Positions 58,311 through 64,000 of a stretch of 64,000 bases of DNA are shown in pieces. The number at the start of each line of letters is the position of its first letter. Within the stretch, counting starts at the first letter, position 1. Position numbers and translations under genes: made by a program. A model generated the notes under the pieces. The model made no database searches. It was not told the DNA's origin and worked only from the letters and a program-made list of their open reading frames with translations. The DNA is from a bacterium (GTDB taxonomy: Bacteria > UBA8248), in the NCBI GenBank assembly GCA_965213685.1, contig CBDBZY010000018.1:352001-416000 (forward strand). Direction: 5' to 3'.

Positions 58311-58761
58311 ACAGACGCTGAACTCAGAACGACTGAGTACGGACAATGATAGCTATGGGACTACATGTACCACTGCATAGGAAACCCTCACAGAGCAAGA
58401 TTGCGTGGGAACTCACCGCTAGACTCCAACTTGTGACCAAGCCTTTGTTTGGCTCTATGTGTATGTGGCAGTTGAATTGTTACTGTAAGCCATCAGTGTC
58501 ACTGTGTGTGTTTGAATGTTGTAGATACTGTAGGCCATCACTGTGTTTCATACACGTACATGTACATGTATACATCTACGTTGAGTGCAGGCCACTCAGG
58601 AGGGGCACCTAGTGCTGTGAGTGATTGAGGGTGTACCAGAGAAACCTTGTTTTGTGTGAGAGTGATGTTGCATGAAGGTCTGGGTAGTGGGAGCTTTGAT
58701 TTCAGCATACAGCTTGGAAGCTTGTACATGTTAACTGCTTCACTGTACAATTTTCAAGCTA

Positions 58762-58828
<67 letters not shown>

Positions 58829-58927
58829 ACTCTCCCTCTCATCAACAAGATAACCTGTCTCCCTCCCTCCCTCCATCCCTCCCTCTCCCCCTCCCTCCTT
58901 CCATCCCTCCCTCCCTCTCTGGCTCAG

Positions 58928-60997
<2,070 letters not shown>

Positions 60998-62110
60998 CTG
61001 CTTTTAAATTCATTGTGAATGTATGCTGTTATGTACATGTACATGTAATTAATTTTCTCCTGCCACTTCCTGCGCAACATACCGCGTATAAAGGGCTCAC
61101 AGTGGCGTTTAACTCCATGAGTACTGATATACATGTACATGTGCCATAGATATCCCATGGATGGGACTTTGAACTCGTGTGAATAGCAGATCCTTTGGTA
61201 CGTTTGTTGATGTGTAGCTCCACCGACGAAGAAGGAAAGGTCGACATAAAAACGATGGCCGTTTCGAAAAAGATCAACGTGTGAAGACGTGCGCTTCCAA
61301 GACGTTAGAGACATGTTAGAGACTTACATGTACGCGTACCGCGTACTGCCGCGGGTGAGCTGCATAAGACGATGTTACAGCTTGCTGCACACAAAGGCAG
61401 AAGCGGCATTTCAGGAACCGAGCAGTGAGTGTGTGCTCTCACCTCTCACGCTGTTGACAGTCTCTCTCACTGACGGACGTTAGACATTAGACGGTGTTGG
61501 TGTCAGTCTTATACGCACATTATGCATACATATTGCTGTACATGTACATGTTACGTTGTCTCTACTACTGCTACATGTACCATCTTTCATTTTCTTGTTA
61601 TACCTCATTCCTCTACCTCAAACTTTATCTATTCTATTCCTATTCCTATCACATATTGAGAGCCGCTAGTTATATGCACGTCTTGCGTATGCATGCACAT
61701 TTCTATTTACTCTCCGTCCCTCCCTCCCTCCTCACTATCTCTGTCCTTCTCATTGACAAGGACATTTTGATATTTTAGTATTACTGCCAGTCAAAAGAAT
61801 GTTCCAACGTACACATATAAATGTAAATCCTGATGGAGAACAATGCTCTCTTGTCAGAATGTACTAACTGTTGTTAACTGTGATGTCATCTGTGTGTCTC
61901 TTTATAGCATGTATAGTGATGTAATGGTGTAGGCTTATTTAGAACTTTGTGTTGGCTGTGTAGTTCCAGCCACATGTTCATAAGGGTCAGTGCAATCACT
62001 TATTGTCAAAGCCGAGTCAGTTGCAAGTGCTTCTCTTTGCAACATACCCATCCCTTAATTACACCATTCACATTTCACTTGGTATATTCCTTCCCCACAA
62101 CCACATGCGT

Positions 62111-62190
<80 letters not shown>

Positions 62191-62397
62191 ACTCACATAC
62201 AAGATACAACCCCCTGTGACACCTTACCTTTTACCTTCCCCTTCAGCTGATACCAATTCTTCCTCTTCCTTCCCCCACTTCCCCCCTTTGTTCCTCATCC
62301 TTACCTTTCTCCCTCTCCTGCTCACCCACCAAGATAAGATACTATTCCAACTATGTCCCTGCCCCATGCTGTGATGAGCTAGTGAGGTGGTGCCTAC

Positions 62398-62484
62398 CTT
62401 CACTCTCTCTCCTCTGCCGTTCTTCCTCCAACTTGGACCCACTCAGGACATTAGTTAGTGTCCACTTGTATCCATCTTCACACT
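62398..62484 (-). CDS. Post-Kelch linker exon (copy B)
   Basis: Paralog of 3356-3442 with intact sites; ECEDGYKWTL...RRESE, phase-1 donor. Confidence 0.7.
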
Positions 62485-62799
62485 CTGCAGTGGAGGCAGA
62501 GATACATGTGCAGTTACCTAGGCAACACTCTTGCCAGTAATTAGTGCAGTACTCCTCCCTCTGCCCACAGAGGAGATCACATTACATCATCCACTGACAC
62601 CTGACATCCTGTGCATAGTGCACTATGTACCCACAGGGAGGACATGCCACAGCCTTGTACATGTACATACCATCTCACCACATCTCCTACTGCTACTGCT
62701 GCCCACAGCATCACTCCACAGTGAGCAGTGTGGCCAGTCCCCCACTCCACTCACTGCCACAGTGCCCATCATGCTGCCTACCACACTCACTCCACTCAC

Positions 62800-62974
62800 C
62801 AAACTCCAGGACTGTGGTGTCAGAGAGCAGCGGCAAGTCATTCCATGAGGCATACTTCTTAGGGTTATCGGAGACTCCAGCCACAGCCACCACCAACTTC
62901 TTTGTAGGAGTGAGGTGGAGCACTCCACCACCATGCCACCACCGTGGAGTCAGGGATCCTGGGGGAAGGAGTAC
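62800..62974 (-). CDS. Kelch-repeat protein exon (copy B)
   Basis: Paralog of 3758-3932; open frame, intact sites. Confidence 0.82.
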
Positions 62975-63472
62975 CTGTAGGGAGGGGAACAGGAGAACAC
63001 TCAAACGTACAGCAGTCCACACAATTGTCTGCTGCTCCACTGCTTACTGTTGGCTGCCAGTGGAAGTGTGTTGTGTATTATCTCAAAGGCTGCACATCAC
63101 CTCCTACACACCCACTGCATTCACTGCTGTCCAGTAATGGAGCAGCCCATTCCTCACTACTCTCTCCCTCTCCATACCACACAACTCTACATCACATGAC
63201 TTCTCTACATGTACTGCACACACTGCCATATGCTCTCCACATGCCAACCTCTATCCACTCACATGCCACACCTACTCACCTGGGTTGGCTGCACAGGACA
63301 ATACCACACACACCACAACACACCATCACTACTGGTATAGGGGCAGGCTTACAAGGGGAAGTGTTCAGCTGAGCACTAGCCACACATGCAGTGTGAAGGT
63401 CATTGCCACACAACAGCACCACTAAGGGGACATCAACACATTCACTGCCTCATGAGCTCACAGCTCACTCAC

Positions 63473-63670
63473 CTCCTCCCACTGGATGGCATTGATATTG
63501 AAGAGCCACACATCTCCCAGTGGCTTGCCTGTATTGCTCAGACCTCCCACCATCACCATACATGGGTGTGGTGGATCTCTGTCTGGATCCCACATACTGT
63601 AGGCTGTGTGGGCCTGCCTCTCCTCAGGCCATGGCTGGCCTGTCTGAGGTAGCACTGGTCCAGTCCAGTG
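63473..63670 (-). CDS. Kelch-repeat protein exon (copy B); upstream exons outside window
   Basis: Paralog of 4431-4628; open frame, intact sites. Confidence 0.86.
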
Positions 63671-64000
63671 CTGGAGAGGGAAAACAATTTGAAAAACACT
63701 TTGAGAACATGTAATCCACTCACATATGCACATGCTCCAGCTCAGTAAGGCACCCTCCCCTCTCTACACTGCCTGTATGGACTCACACTACTAGCTAGCC
63801 ACACATGCCAGCCCATGTACATGGAACATGTACCTGCAAACCTCTTCTCCCATGCACACTAACTGGCATGTACACTGTACATACATGTACACTGTATGTA
63901 GTCTACATGTAGATTCTGTCTCATCATGATAAGAGCAACATCTTGTCCACTACTCTATCAGTTGCTATGCATGTACAGACCACTATTGGGTCCCACCAGA

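Overview
Eukaryotic, intron-rich and microsatellite-rich DNA, most consistent with a demosponge (inferred from repeat families, short introns, pervasive CATGTA motifs and gene content). Nearly all long ORFs in the six-frame track are microsatellite or minisatellite artefacts. Coding content I can support: (i) a Sola2-type transposase in an element ending at 2114; (ii) a spliced minus-strand Kelch-repeat gene (3356-7977) whose 3' exons recur about 59.04 kb away (62398-63670), so the window spans roughly one unit of a large duplication; (iii) a spliced minus-strand gene, 44534-52661, encoding Roc GTPase-COR-ZU5 (with an HFS autoproteolysis-type motif)-UPA-like-Death domain; (iv) a decayed 7.7 kb MULE-like element carrying nested insertions; (v) fragments of Penelope, RTEX-like, CRE-like and Helitron-like elements and a duplicated plus-strand LRR pseudogene. 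Main hypothesis: the second Kelch copy lies upstream of, on the same strand as, and splice-phase compatible with the Roc-COR exon. Together they could form one Kelch-Roc-COR-ZU5-UPA-Death receptor-like protein, and the Kelch loops look diversified between the copies. Also notable are several unrelated repeats with an internal tRNA-like unit, two of them partial tandems. All exon models and counts were read by eye and are unverified.
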